Virus record (IMG/VR): IMGVR_UViG_3300037261_000033
Span: 1 to 64,000 of that record
Strand: one strand, 5' to 3'
Origin: a virus
Length of the DNA: 64,000 nt
This document shows, one piece after another, positions 10,001 through 18,153 of this stretch. The notes under the pieces are model-generated. The model searched no databases. It was not told the origin of the DNA and saw only the letters and a program-made list of their open reading frames with translations. How positions within the stretch are numbered: position 1 is the stretch's first letter; every line of letters begins with the position of its first letter. Position numbers and translations under genes: made by a program.

Positions 10001-11610
10001 TGGATAATAAGGCCAATCTCGTCCATTAGAACGCTCCACGCGGCTTTTAACGCAGTCTTCCAGCCGTCTTCCTTGGCGATTTTAGCGAAAGCGTCAACCA
10101 GTCCGGCCACTCTCTTTCCGGCTTCCTCCGCGAGCGGAATCATCCCAATAAGTTTATCGCTCGCTAGGGTAAGTAGTGTTACTAGAGAATTTGCTATAGG
10201 TGTACCGAACGTAACTTTTATTTGCTCCCATCGGTTCGCTAACTGTTCGGTAGCTCCCGGAAGCGTTTTCAGATAATCGGAAAGCGTTTTTCCAAACTTC
10301 CCGCCGCTCGCGGATGCGTCGAGCAGCGCCTTATTCACCATCTCGATGCTGATCTGCCCTTTCTTGAACATGGACTGTACTTGGTCTTGCGACTTGCCTA
10401 AGTCCATCATCAAAGCCAACAGGATTATCCGGCTCCCGTTCATCCCGCGCGTCATCAACTCCGTGCTGTTCATGATCGCTTGCTGCGTGCGGCTGTAGGC
10501 CGTTGTCATGCTATCGATGCTCTCACCGCTAGCCGCCGCGAGTGCTGCCATCGCCTTTAGTCGCGGAACTAAATTATCCGCGCCTGTGTTAAGAACAATG
10601 AGTTGTTCCGCGCCTTTTACGAACTGCGAGAAATCGAATGAACCTTGCGAATTGGTTAGGTCATGAATTTCTTTCAGTTTCGCCTCCGCAAGCGTGGCGT
10701 TCGCCACCATCTGAATGAACGGGAACTCCGCCTTTTGCTCCGCGCCCGCCGCCTTAATACTCTCCGTGAAAAAGTCCCACGCTTTTTTTACCGCGTAGAA
10801 CGTTACGGCTAGAACTACAAGCACGGCGATTAAAGCGGTTACAATTGCCGCCGTTCCCGCGAACCCGAGACCGCCCGTAACAGCACCATCATTAACGAGC
10901 TTTTGCGCTGCGGCTGCTTCCTTGTTCGCGGTCGTTAATTGCTGCTTCAAAGCTAACTCCTCCGCTTGCGCACCCCGCAATGCGTTGCTAGCCACGACCG
11001 CTTCGCCTTGCACTCTATTCAAATCCTTTTGTGATTTAGCCGCCGCATCAGATTCCGCAGAAAATACTCCAGAGCCTACTGCCGCTCCGGTAGCGGCGGA
11101 TGTAACCACGCGCTGTTCGCGTACGTTCATTGCCGCGATCTGCGCTTCCTCTTGCGCGATTTGGGTTGCTGCTACGGCACGCGCGTAAGCTTGCTCAATA
11201 GCGATAGCTGTGTTGCGCGCCGCCATCAGCCGCGTAGTAGCCGCTTCCATCGTCGCCGCTGAAATAGCTCCGGCGTTGAACGCGGTGTTCAATGCTTGCT
11301 GGCCCGCCGCTGTTTTGCTCGCATTCTGCGCCAGCCGTTCGATTTGAAGCCCGGCCCGCTCGAACCTTACGCCAAGCTCCGCCGCGCCGCCGCCCAACCC
11401 GCCCAACGTTTGTAGCATCCGCGTCGCGATGGACGACTGCCGCACCATCGAGCCAGTGAGCTTGTCGAAGCTGCCAGCGTGTCCCTCGACCGCTTGCGTC
11501 GCCCGCTGCGACGCGGATGTGATCTGGCCGAACGCTGAAACGGTATCCTGCGTCCCTTCCGGGGCGGCGATCCTAATTCCGTACGTTGCTACGTTAGCTT
11601 CTCCGGCCAT
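7027..11610 (-). CDS. Tape measure protein with 3D-like domain and long low-complexity insert
   Basis: 1527 aa, Ala-rich helical N-half; C-terminal ATGG..GSGTKDDVPAMLTGGEYV motif; follows tail chaperones. Confidence 0.9.
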   Translation of the reverse strand: MAGEANVATYGIRIAAPEGTQDTVSAFGQITSASQRATQAVEGHAGSFDKLTGSMVRQSSIATRMLQTLGGLGGGAAELGVRFERAGLQIERLAQNASKTAAGQQALNTAFNAGAISAATMEAATTRLMAARNTAIAIEQAYARAVAATQIAQEEAQIAAMNVREQRVVTSAATGAAVGSGVFSAESDAAAKSQKDLNRVQGEAVVASNALRGAQAEELALKQQLTTANKEAAAAQKLVNDGAVTGGLGFAGTAAIVTALIAVLVVLAVTFYAVKKAWDFFTESIKAAGAEQKAEFPFIQMVANATLAEAKLKEIHDLTNSQGSFDFSQFVKGAEQLIVLNTGADNLVPRLKAMAALAAASGESIDSMTTAYSRTQQAIMNSTELMTRGMNGSRIILLALMMDLGKSQDQVQSMFKKGQISIEMVNKALLDASASGGKFGKTLSDYLKTLPGATEQLANRWEQIKVTFGTPIANSLVTLLTLASDKLIGMIPLAEEAGKRVAGLVDAFAKIAKEDGWKTALKAAWSVLMDEIGLIIHDAISGAFTASGSTIIKGIDFTSDTHTMMEGWRAGFDKAVKDETPPVMGALKGMWNAFVTGDTGKQAADDYTKGAVSKLDQDKATLKQALDNIWKPAPTFGDQLIGGILNRQPFNVTTAGVGAGGLQAGDTPLNQIAKPVKDSDWDKYKTDLAIINDYWQQRDIIESKVTDTTEKERRIMELTTSTAKELYDPSQFEPYLGALGQVAVAEAERERKNKEIDEAIKNGSASATDAILRGLDKAKAAFGNWQQAVEKGVTDIANALSNDISTGLSDIIDGTKSVSQGFTDMALSIIKDIERIIIKMEVEYLLKLLMGGFGVGGGTTVSGGGGAGGGAGMATGGPIYGGSGTKDDVPAMLTGGEYVLSKQDVARAGGTQALDAWKHGTGGATYNQGVAHFTAGGGVQRTNFGPYEGNPNAPHNSLPYLLWRDGYYDSQGNPHQSGDISLSPDQVHGAHYGDTVTRGGVTGRFTDTTNPRLSNRVDVWNQNDPGNSQSSGVHKASDIEWTTSPGDRRFLPGSGMTPEEQAHYNAVMRDAYGGGLPGEMDLNQPGPPMDFQPPTGQAVSPWGLTGGTSTNPFLRETASWVASNADTLWAGNSISGQIGYGIPQGGYDPINLSLPSGSDVYGPYDNTMAGNTSFYDFGANNDYSPQSTETGGIGSGQPDIQAFRDIGNTSLGNIPSSPDFAAHVDYGPTYENNPGRDWFNGTQGTWNNDGSFTANADKPVLGGPSPAAPGGGTSGDAGQSVWSRTGQAGIVNDWSAGSLYTSNMDASTKSFLLGGGYGGNPNRNFVNDEERVFAAQFGARGKFDSSMWANAHPQQGDPTVSTNVGGSDAFNAAIMARETPGQRSMGSTFSGNSFGPVLQGPSNLSHLPKFHAGGIVGMEGGFQYLAGGGSVNQPINAQPGEGVFTQGQMAAIGAGMSGGNSPVSISISVTNNADGSQSARSSASGGGMTKEEWAQAAQMMSNIALQTLQTQKRRGGSLYRSQTGATA

Positions 11611-11618
11611 CTGCGCTC

Positions 11619-11647
11619 ATCATAGCGAGCAATCAGATTTGTTTCAA
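11619..11647 (-). promoter_or_regulatory. Sigma70-like promoter for tape measure gene (near-leaderless)
   Basis: TTGAAA-17 nt-TATGAT-8 nt-ATG. Confidence 0.6.
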
Positions 11648-11651
11648 CGTT

Positions 11652-11795
11652 TCATTTTCGCCTGAAAATACCTACTGGAACGCATACGACTATTGTCAGG
11701 AGCAGAAACAGGGCAATCGCCACGACAGCCAACGGCCCCTCCCACCATTCGAGAGGATCATCGTAACTCGCGGGCGGTATATTGGAGGGTTTCAT
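11652..11795 (-). CDS. 47-aa single-pass membrane protein (not in ORF track)
   Basis: MKPSNIPPASYDDPLEWWEGPLAVVAIALFLLLTIVVCVPVGIFRRK; ATGA overlap with upstream stop. Confidence 0.6.
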   Translation of the reverse strand: MKPSNIPPASYDDPLEWWEGPLAVVAIALFLLLTIVVCVPVGIFRRK

Positions 11796-12139
11796 TTCCC
11801 GGTCGGCCCGCGCTCAGCGTGGAAGGTTATGAGAGCGCTGTCTAGGTGCAGCATTATTTTCACGTAATCAATAAGCTCCATCTCCGCCGCAGCCCAATCT
11901 TCTGCTTCGAATAAGGTTACGATGTCACTGAGCCTCAACGCGCCGGGACCGCTAAACCCCGGCACTCGGGTTTGGTTTAGCATTAGGAAGTTACCGAGCA
12001 GCCGCTCTAAGTCGGGGTCTTCCCCGAGATACGGTTTGTTCTCAAGCGCCGGAACGCTATCCAACGTCCCTTCATCTAGCTGCGCTTGCAGCCAACTCTC
12101 ATTTCTCCCGAACTCGAGGATCCAAAGAAGCGCTGCTTT
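11792..12139 (-). CDS. Tail assembly chaperone, T (frameshift extension) part
   Basis: Frame is open from 12139 (KAALLWILEFGRNESWLQ...), overlapping the end of G; no ATG; position before tape measure. Confidence 0.75.
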   Translation of the reverse strand, partial: KAALLWILEFGRNESWLQAQLDEGTLDSVPALENKPYLGEDPDLERLLGNFLMLNQTRVPGFSGPGALRLSDIVTLFEAEDWAAAEMELIDYVKIMLHLDSALITFHAERGPTGK

Positions 12140-12563
12140 TCATCGCGCCCTTGGCAGTATCCTCCTCATCCGCGTCCAACTTGCCGCCGAAGTTCTCGAT
12201 GTCGCCGGACTCTTCCGCCACAAAGTCGCGGATCACTGTGCTGTCCGTTAAGAGGCGCTGGCAGTTCTCGCGGCTGTAAGGGAACGGAATGCTCTGGCCG
12301 GGATTCTCCGGGTCGTCCTGTTCCCACCCTTTCCAGTCGAGCACGACGAGCTTGTAGAGCATCTCCAACGTCAAATCTTGCTGCTTGTCGAACGGGATGT
12401 TGCCGCGATGTTTCTGGCGCAGCTTGCTCAGCCCTTTCTGGAAAAAGTCGCGCGGCTTCCCTTTTGCGGAAAAGATCAGCTTGAAGCTAATGCCCGGCTT
12501 GAACTCGATCCACTCGCCTTCCGCTTGCGCGGCCTTATCGCCAATCACGTCGTCAATTTTCAT
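12099..12563 (-). CDS. Tail assembly chaperone G
   Basis: EGEW, VVLDWKGW, PYSRENCQRLL motifs; between tail tube and tape measure. Confidence 0.85.
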   Translation of the reverse strand: MKIDDVIGDKAAQAEGEWIEFKPGISFKLIFSAKGKPRDFFQKGLSKLRQKHRGNIPFDKQQDLTLEMLYKLVVLDWKGWEQDDPENPGQSIPFPYSRENCQRLLTDSTVIRDFVAEESGDIENFGGKLDADEEDTAKGAMKSSASLDPRVREK

Positions 12564-12652
12564 GTTCGTTTCGCCTCGTTTTTCCTGTTCGTTGACCGCA
12601 GGTAGCGCCTTTCGGCGCTAACTGAAAATTCGCCTATCACCCGCCGCTTTCT

Positions 12653-13855
12653 TTAGCTCGCCAGCGTGACCAAACCTCTCTTCACGTCCACACTGTAACC
12701 CACAGCCGGGTCAAGCAGCGCGCGCCAGTTGAAGGTCTGCATCACGTCCGCCGTGTTCCCCGGAATCGGCACGGGAGCAGCCGACACCTTCATTGTCGGG
12801 AAAGTGAACTGATAGGTGTTCGGCAAGCCGATGATTCCCAAGTCCGCAGCATTGACACGCACGGCGAAGAGTCCATTCGCGAGGAACGCTTGCAGAAGCG
12901 TGATGTCTTGGAAGTAAGTCTCGATCGTTCCCATGATCTCCATCACGTTCCGGCCCGGCTCCGCCGCGAACTCGCTCGTAGCAAGGTCGCGCGCGCGCAG
13001 CGCATTGGTGAAGTCAATAGTGATACGCTTCGCCACTACGCCGACCATCTCGGTATGGCTCGTACCCGCGCTCAGAATCGAGATACCCGATCCGGCGCGC
13101 ATCGGTGCGTTCCCGCCCGGTTCCGTAGGTGTCGTACTTCCCGCCACGCTTGTAGCTGCCGGGATGCCGTTCTTCCCGCTGAACGTGGTTTGCAATTTGA
13201 TGATCGCGCGCGCCGTGATGTCGAGAGCGAGTTTCGAGGGAATGCAGCCTGCGAAATACATGTACTTCCCGATGTCAAGGAAGCCCGCTTCGATTCCGAA
13301 GCTCCGATTCGTAACTCCGTTTCTCAGCGTAGCCGCGCGGCCAACAACTGTTAGAGCGATGGTCGTTCCGTCCGCCGTCGCGTTCGCGGGAGTGTTCGCG
13401 GTCGCGCTGCTGCTCAGTCCGATGCTTGTGGGGCTGTTGATGATGCCGATGAAACTGTTTGCCGGAATGCCGGTGCCGCTGATTCCATGATGCAAGTCCG
13501 CCGCGCTGAATGCCGCCGTCGCGCTTGTGACGGTTGGGGAAGAGTTAGTTGTCACGCCGTCCGTGATCGCCGCTGGCGCTGCCCATGTCCCGCAGAGCGC
13601 CGCCTCCATAAGCGTGTCAAACTCCGGCCCAAAGATCGCTTCCTGCATGATGTCGCCCGCCGCGTCAATGCCGACGAGTGGCATGTCCGTAATCTGCCGG
13701 TCGCTCCGAATCTCCTGACTGACGACGGTCGCGTTATTTACGCTCAGGGTTTCGCCCGTGAAACGTTGCCGCACCGTTGCGGCGTTGGAAGGTGCGGCTT
13801 CACCCCACGTACTTTCCGGTCTTAGGAGCAAGCGAGTTCTTGATGCGTCTGAGAT
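12653..13855 (-). CDS. Tail tube (major tail) protein; probable ATC start at 13855 (ORF track starts at TTG 13831)
   Basis: ESTWG, SQEIRSDRQ, GTIETYF motifs; ATC-TCA-GAC preceded by AAGGGGG. Confidence 0.88.
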   Translation of the reverse strand: MSDASRTRLLLRPESTWGEAAPSNAATVRQRFTGETLSVNNATVVSQEIRSDRQITDMPLVGIDAAGDIMQEAIFGPEFDTLMEAALCGTWAAPAAITDGVTTNSSPTVTSATAAFSAADLHHGISGTGIPANSFIGIINSPTSIGLSSSATANTPANATADGTTIALTVVGRAATLRNGVTNRSFGIEAGFLDIGKYMYFAGCIPSKLALDITARAIIKLQTTFSGKNGIPAATSVAGSTTPTEPGGNAPMRAGSGISILSAGTSHTEMVGVVAKRITIDFTNALRARDLATSEFAAEPGRNVMEIMGTIETYFQDITLLQAFLANGLFAVRVNAADLGIIGLPNTYQFTFPTMKVSAAPVPIPGNTADVMQTFNWRALLDPAVGYSVDVKRGLVTLAS

Positions 13856-13880
13856 AAATCCCCCTTGGTTAAACTAGACG

Positions 13881-13909
13881 TTATTCACTCTTATCCTCGC
13901 CACTGTCAA
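13881..13909 (-). promoter_or_regulatory. Putative promoter for tail tube gene
   Basis: TTGACA-17 nt-GAATAA with AT-rich upstream. Confidence 0.45.
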
Positions 13910-13920
13910 CTAAATAAATT

Positions 13921-14874
13921 TCACAATAGCGGAATTTGCGCATCTCTTAATACCTTGGCGCGCTTACTGCGATTCTCTGTTACAAATAATGCCTGTTGGT
14001 TGCTGAAATGGAAACAGCTTCTCTGATGCTGCGGTCTTGATAGATCAAAAAGGGCGCACGGTATGATGTGATCAATCTCCCAAACCGCGCCGTGATTCTC
14101 TAACGTCATCCCTGCCTTGAATGTACTTTCAAGGTAGATTGCGAAATTCTTAATCGAACAACCCAGTAGCTCGACCGTTTTCGCTGTCTTTTTAATTCTG
14201 CCTTTCAGCGCGCCGGTGATTCTGCTCCTTAACGCCATCTCGATTTTGAAATTAACATCCTCTCGTAATCGCTTTTGAAAATAGCGCTGCGCAATCTCGT
14301 TACGTCTGGCTCGATATTGTTCTGGATTTCTAGCACGCCAAATTTTGTTATACCTCCGGCATCGAGCGTTATGCTTCTCACGGCGGCTGGCGGCGCGTTG
14401 CTGCTTTAGGTCACTCTCCCATGTCGGATTGTCGATCAAGAATTGGGCCTTCTTGGCTTCCCGCCGCTCGCGAAGTTTAGCGCAATATTTAGCGTTGTTT
14501 TTAGCGATTCTTGCCCGGCGCTCAGACTCGCTTAGGATTCTGCGCGGAGGATTATTTTGCCGGTACCGCTCTCTACGTTTAACGAGATTAGTATCTCTGT
14601 TTTTGAGTCGCCCCTTGCGATCATAGGCGCGATATTGTTCTCTGTTTTGCGCCCTGTGCTGCCGTTGATACGCTGTTTTCTTGGCGCGATTCTTCTTTGC
14701 CGACCTGCGCGCCATCTCCCTGACTTTCTCTTTATTCTTCGCCGCCCACCGTTTATTTTCCGCCCTGTGTTCCTCGGCATGCGTCGCGCGATATCGACGC
14801 TTAGATTTTGAAATACGCTCTCTGTTTTTAATGCGGTATAACCGTATGTATTCGCGTTGCGCTTCCGTTTTCAC
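13921..14874 (-). CDS. HNH / endonuclease VII-like free-standing endonuclease with long basic N-terminus
   Basis: LLGCS...GMTLENHG.VWEIDHIIP...FHFSNQQAL...NRSK; Arg/Lys-rich repeats. Confidence 0.8.
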   Translation of the reverse strand: MKTEAQREYIRLYRIKNRERISKSKRRYRATHAEEHRAENKRWAAKNKEKVREMARRSAKKNRAKKTAYQRQHRAQNREQYRAYDRKGRLKNRDTNLVKRRERYRQNNPPRRILSESERRARIAKNNAKYCAKLRERREAKKAQFLIDNPTWESDLKQQRAASRREKHNARCRRYNKIWRARNPEQYRARRNEIAQRYFQKRLREDVNFKIEMALRSRITGALKGRIKKTAKTVELLGCSIKNFAIYLESTFKAGMTLENHGAVWEIDHIIPCALFDLSRPQHQRSCFHFSNQQALFVTENRSKRAKVLRDAQIPLL

Positions 14875-14883
14875 TCTGCCGGA

Positions 14884-14912
14884 AGTTTCCGCTTTTCCCT
14901 GATTCGCGTAAA
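14884..14912 (-). promoter_or_regulatory. TTTAC/GA-class promoter
   Basis: ggcTTTACG-17 nt-GAAACT-9 nt-GTG. Confidence 0.55.
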
Positions 14913-14939
14913 GCCTTGATTGCCTAACGCGAGGAAATT

Positions 14940-15347
14940 CTACAGGTCGCGCACTGCCTCTTCAAGCCGCTGGTCTTGCGCTGCCATTGCGAGCTTAGTC
15001 ATCCCGGCAGGTGCCTTCCCGGAAGAACCCTCATCAAGAAACTGGATGTACGAAATATTCGAGATTATGTAGCTGTCCCTCGTCCCATCAATCTCCAACT
15101 CTGGCGGTATCGGCATCGGAATCACTTCGCCCTTGTTCGCTTCCGGTGGAACTTCCGTGCTCGGCTCCCCTACGCTCGCGAACCATGACGCCCTCGCCCT
15201 GCCCGTAAGAACAGGCGTGCGCTCCATGATGTCCTTGTGCAAATCGAACGTGATTTTCTTCTGCAACTTCCCGGCCTTGATACCCAACTGCTTTGCGAAG
15301 TCCGCTATCGTACTACTGAACTGCGCTTGGTTTGTTGTCGCGTTCAA
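14940..15347 (-). CDS. HK97 gp10-like tail completion/neck protein
   Basis: TPVLTGRARASW, ISNISYIQFLDEGSSGKAPAGM. Confidence 0.85.
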   Translation of the reverse strand: MNATTNQAQFSSTIADFAKQLGIKAGKLQKKITFDLHKDIMERTPVLTGRARASWFASVGEPSTEVPPEANKGEVIPMPIPPELEIDGTRDSYIISNISYIQFLDEGSSGKAPAGMTKLAMAAQDQRLEEAVRDL

Positions 15348-16120
15348 CTTAATGCCGCCACCTTGTTTACTATTTCGGCGGCCAGCTTTTTTCGCTCCTC
15401 GATTGCTGTCATCAAGTCCTTAATTTGTTGCTCCGTTTTTGTAATTTCAGCTAAAGTCGCTTCGGTAAGGGTGATGTCCCTATCAGTTCGCTTCAACTCT
15501 GCGTTCTCCCTTATTTTGAAAACTAGAAGGATTTTTGTATCAAGCGCATTTTGCATCATCGCGGTCATCTGGCCGTTTACCATGTGATGAATTTCATCGA
15601 TTTGATGCCCCGTTATATCAGCAACGTCGGCGACATGTTTGTTCGATACTTCGAGTCTATCCGCTGTTTCCTGAACCTTGACGGCAGTTTCTTCCGCGCG
15701 AAGGGCAACTTGCTGAACTTTCGCGGCAGCTTCTTCAGCGCGCCGGGCAACTTCATCTTGTCGCGCCCAATCCGCGACTTTCTCTGCGTGTCTTATTTTT
15801 GCCGCCTCGACTTGCTCGGAACGCCTGCGCCGCCCGTTCCAAAATGCAAGTATCGACGGAGCGACAACAGAGGTGATGAGCACCAGTATTATCGTGGTCG
15901 TAGTCGCGTTAGTGTCGATTATCCTTACCGCCTCGGGTCGCTCGACTCTTACTGACGCAGGTTCATTTATTGCGTTAGGAACCTGCCCATAAGTGAGAGT
16001 AACGAAAAGCGCGATAGCGAACGCCGCGCCCATCATCATGCCGATAAGTTCGCCCAAAGGCGGAACGCATTTCTTGCGAAGCGCGCGCCAATTTATTTTG
16101 GAGAAATCAATGTGGAGCAT
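15344..16120 (-). CDS. Membrane protein with two hydrophobic segments and coiled coil (holin-like candidate)
   Basis: Hydrophobic GELIGMMMGAAFAIALFVTL and IILVLITSVVAPSILAFW; ATG 16120 is 5 nt after the upstream stop. Confidence 0.55.
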   Translation of the reverse strand: MLHIDFSKINWRALRKKCVPPLGELIGMMMGAAFAIALFVTLTYGQVPNAINEPASVRVERPEAVRIIDTNATTTTIILVLITSVVAPSILAFWNGRRRRSEQVEAAKIRHAEKVADWARQDEVARRAEEAAAKVQQVALRAEETAVKVQETADRLEVSNKHVADVADITGHQIDEIHHMVNGQMTAMMQNALDTKILLVFKIRENAELKRTDRDITLTEATLAEITKTEQQIKDLMTAIEERKKLAAEIVNKVAALS

Positions 16121-16125
16121 AGGAT

Positions 16126-16902
16126 TTAATTCGTCGTTACCGCCCACGTCTTGCTTTCGAGCGTGGTCTTGTCCGCGTTCTGGATGAACGGTTGCCCGGC
16201 TGCGGTATCGGCGATGGTCAAGTTAGTCGCGCTATCGCCGCCCGCCGTAAGAGGCAGTGAAGCGTCTGCCGTTACAGTAACCGTTATAACACCACTTGCT
16301 GCGCTCGCCGTCCAACCTGCGAAGGCTAATCCGTTGATGAAGTTCGCAGTGTTAGTCGCAATGGTGGTCGCGTCCGCGCTCGTTACGTCGATATCAGTTC
16401 CGAACGCCGGAGTCGTCGTATTGGCATTAGCATCCGCGAGCGTAATCGTCCCTACGGGCGTACCGGTAATCGTGATCGTCCATCGCCCGTTAATTCGAGA
16501 TTGAACCGGAGTAGGAATCGCGTTTGTCCCTCCCGTTAAGTTGAGCGTACCGGTCGAGTTACCGTTCACCGCCAACTGCGCTAGTATTCCGTTCACGTCG
16601 GCGAGCGGAAGCGCGCAGCCGGAGAAGTTGATGTTCGCGCCCGTACCGACAGCGAACTGCGCGATCTTGTCGAACGTCGCTACCGACGCCGGAGCGATAT
16701 GACTGATGTACGGATCGCTTATCGCTATCGCGCCAGTGTCGCCGCGCGCGAACTTCCCGATGTTGTCAACGAAAGCCTGCGCAGGCTGAATCGGTGCAGC
16801 GTCCGGCACTAACGCATTGAACGGATTCCGAATGTCGCCGCCGACTTGAGACGTGACTGCCGTTAACGCGGCGACAATCGACAGAGTGAGTTTGCTTCGC
16901 AT
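16126..16902 (-). CDS. Putative virion decoration/adhesion protein
   Basis: Thr/Ala/Gly-rich beta composition; VNGILAQL...GTLNLTGGTNAIPT...WAVTTN motif. Confidence 0.5.
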   Translation of the reverse strand: MRSKLTLSIVAALTAVTSQVGGDIRNPFNALVPDAAPIQPAQAFVDNIGKFARGDTGAIAISDPYISHIAPASVATFDKIAQFAVGTGANINFSGCALPLADVNGILAQLAVNGNSTGTLNLTGGTNAIPTPVQSRINGRWTITITGTPVGTITLADANANTTTPAFGTDIDVTSADATTIATNTANFINGLAFAGWTASAASGVITVTVTADASLPLTAGGDSATNLTIADTAAGQPFIQNADKTTLESKTWAVTTN

Positions 16903-16908
16903 AGCGGT

Positions 16909-17268
16909 TTAGTATTCTTTCGCGATGAATTTCTTCCCGGTCGTGGCTCCAATAATCGTGATGGTTCCGTTCGGACAAAACAATCCGCCTGTTATGTAAC
17001 TCGCTCCGGCGACAAGCTTGAATGAATTGCCGTCCACTGTAGCAGCCGCGCTAAAGTTGATATACATCGTGATGTCCGAGATATTCTGAAACTCGAAGTA
17101 GAGTCTGCCGGGCAACGCGGGCGCGAGAACTTGTGATGCGCCGCCCGCCGTGATCGTTCCGCTCCGGTCAACCGGGTCGGCGCGCGTCGGTAAGTTGATC
17201 GTCGCTTCCGCGAGGATGGTGAGTTGTAGCACGAGCGTGATAAGCACGATTGAGATTACCTTTTTCAT
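16909..17268 (-). CDS. Small beta-sandwich protein with Sec-type signal peptide
   Basis: MKKVISIVLITLVLQLTILAEA then RSGTITAGG...FEFQNISD. Confidence 0.65.
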   Translation of the reverse strand: MKKVISIVLITLVLQLTILAEATINLPTRADPVDRSGTITAGGASQVLAPALPGRLYFEFQNISDITMYINFSAAATVDGNSFKLVAGASYITGGLFCPNGTITIIGATTGKKFIAKEY

Positions 17269-17325
17269 AGGAGTGATTGCCTTCGTTCCGATTCTAATTG
17301 CCTTTGCTCGTAACACAATAAATTT

Positions 17326-17787
17326 TCACGTCATTGCGTCTGATAAAAATTCCACCGTGCATCTGAACTGATCCCATCCGTCCGCCTGAATCCCGACGTA
17401 ACCCGGAACGGCTCGGTTGAACCGGAGAGTCTCGCCCGCAAGCACCACGGTCTGCCGTCCGAAGATTCTCTCCATCTCGTCGCTCATTTTCATTGCCGGG
17501 AGTGAACCCGTTTCCGCTGGACAGAATATTTGCAACCATACAACCCCAGTAACTCTGCGCGCCCTTGCATCAGCGCTAGTATCAATGCTCGTAGCGACCC
17601 TTATGCTCAACCTTCCCCACGCTTTATCCGTAGGCTGCTTCGCCCCCGTCGTCGCCCAAGCTTGATTCTCTGCTACGACCGGGTAAGCGGCTTGATTCCA
17701 TCCGCCCGTTGGCGGAGTACCGGAAACGAACGCCGCGCCGAACCGCGCATATATCGCCGCCTGAACTGTAGCGAGTGACGCGCTCAT
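17326..17787 (-). CDS. Tail terminator-like protein
   Basis: W.RLSI, GVVWLQIFCPAETG; position in head-tail cluster. Confidence 0.78.
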   Translation of the reverse strand: MSASLATVQAAIYARFGAAFVSGTPPTGGWNQAAYPVVAENQAWATTGAKQPTDKAWGRLSIRVATSIDTSADARARRVTGVVWLQIFCPAETGSLPAMKMSDEMERIFGRQTVVLAGETLRFNRAVPGYVGIQADGWDQFRCTVEFLSDAMT

Positions 17788-18149
17788 TTCCGAAGCCCTA
17801 AAATATAAACCGCTTTCCCCGGCACCGGCATTACGTCAATGATGTTCCACTTCACTCCGTCGATTGTTAACCAATCGGCTTCGTCGATTCCCGATGGAAC
17901 GTCCGTGCCTTTGATTACAAACTGCGCATCGAACTGTGATGCCTGCGCTGTTTGAAGTTGCTTCGCGCGGTAGAAAATTCCCTCGACGCTCGCGGTTGTC
18001 CCCGTTGTCGTAGTAGTAACATCCGTAGCCCAATTGAAAGCGTTTACATTCGCAGTGTGCAGGATCGCGGTTGTCTTGGCGTTTCCCGCTAAGTCAAAAG
18101 CTAGCGCTGTCACGTCCGCTGAGAGTCCGGCGATATCGAGCGCCACCAT
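17784..18149 (-). CDS. Head closure / head-tail joining protein
   Basis: DWLTIDGVKWNIIDV.P C-terminal pattern; position. Confidence 0.72.
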   Translation of the reverse strand: MVALDIAGLSADVTALAFDLAGNAKTTAILHTANVNAFNWATDVTTTTTGTTASVEGIFYRAKQLQTAQASQFDAQFVIKGTDVPSGIDEADWLTIDGVKWNIIDVMPVPGKAVYILGLRK

Positions 18150-18153
18150 TGTC

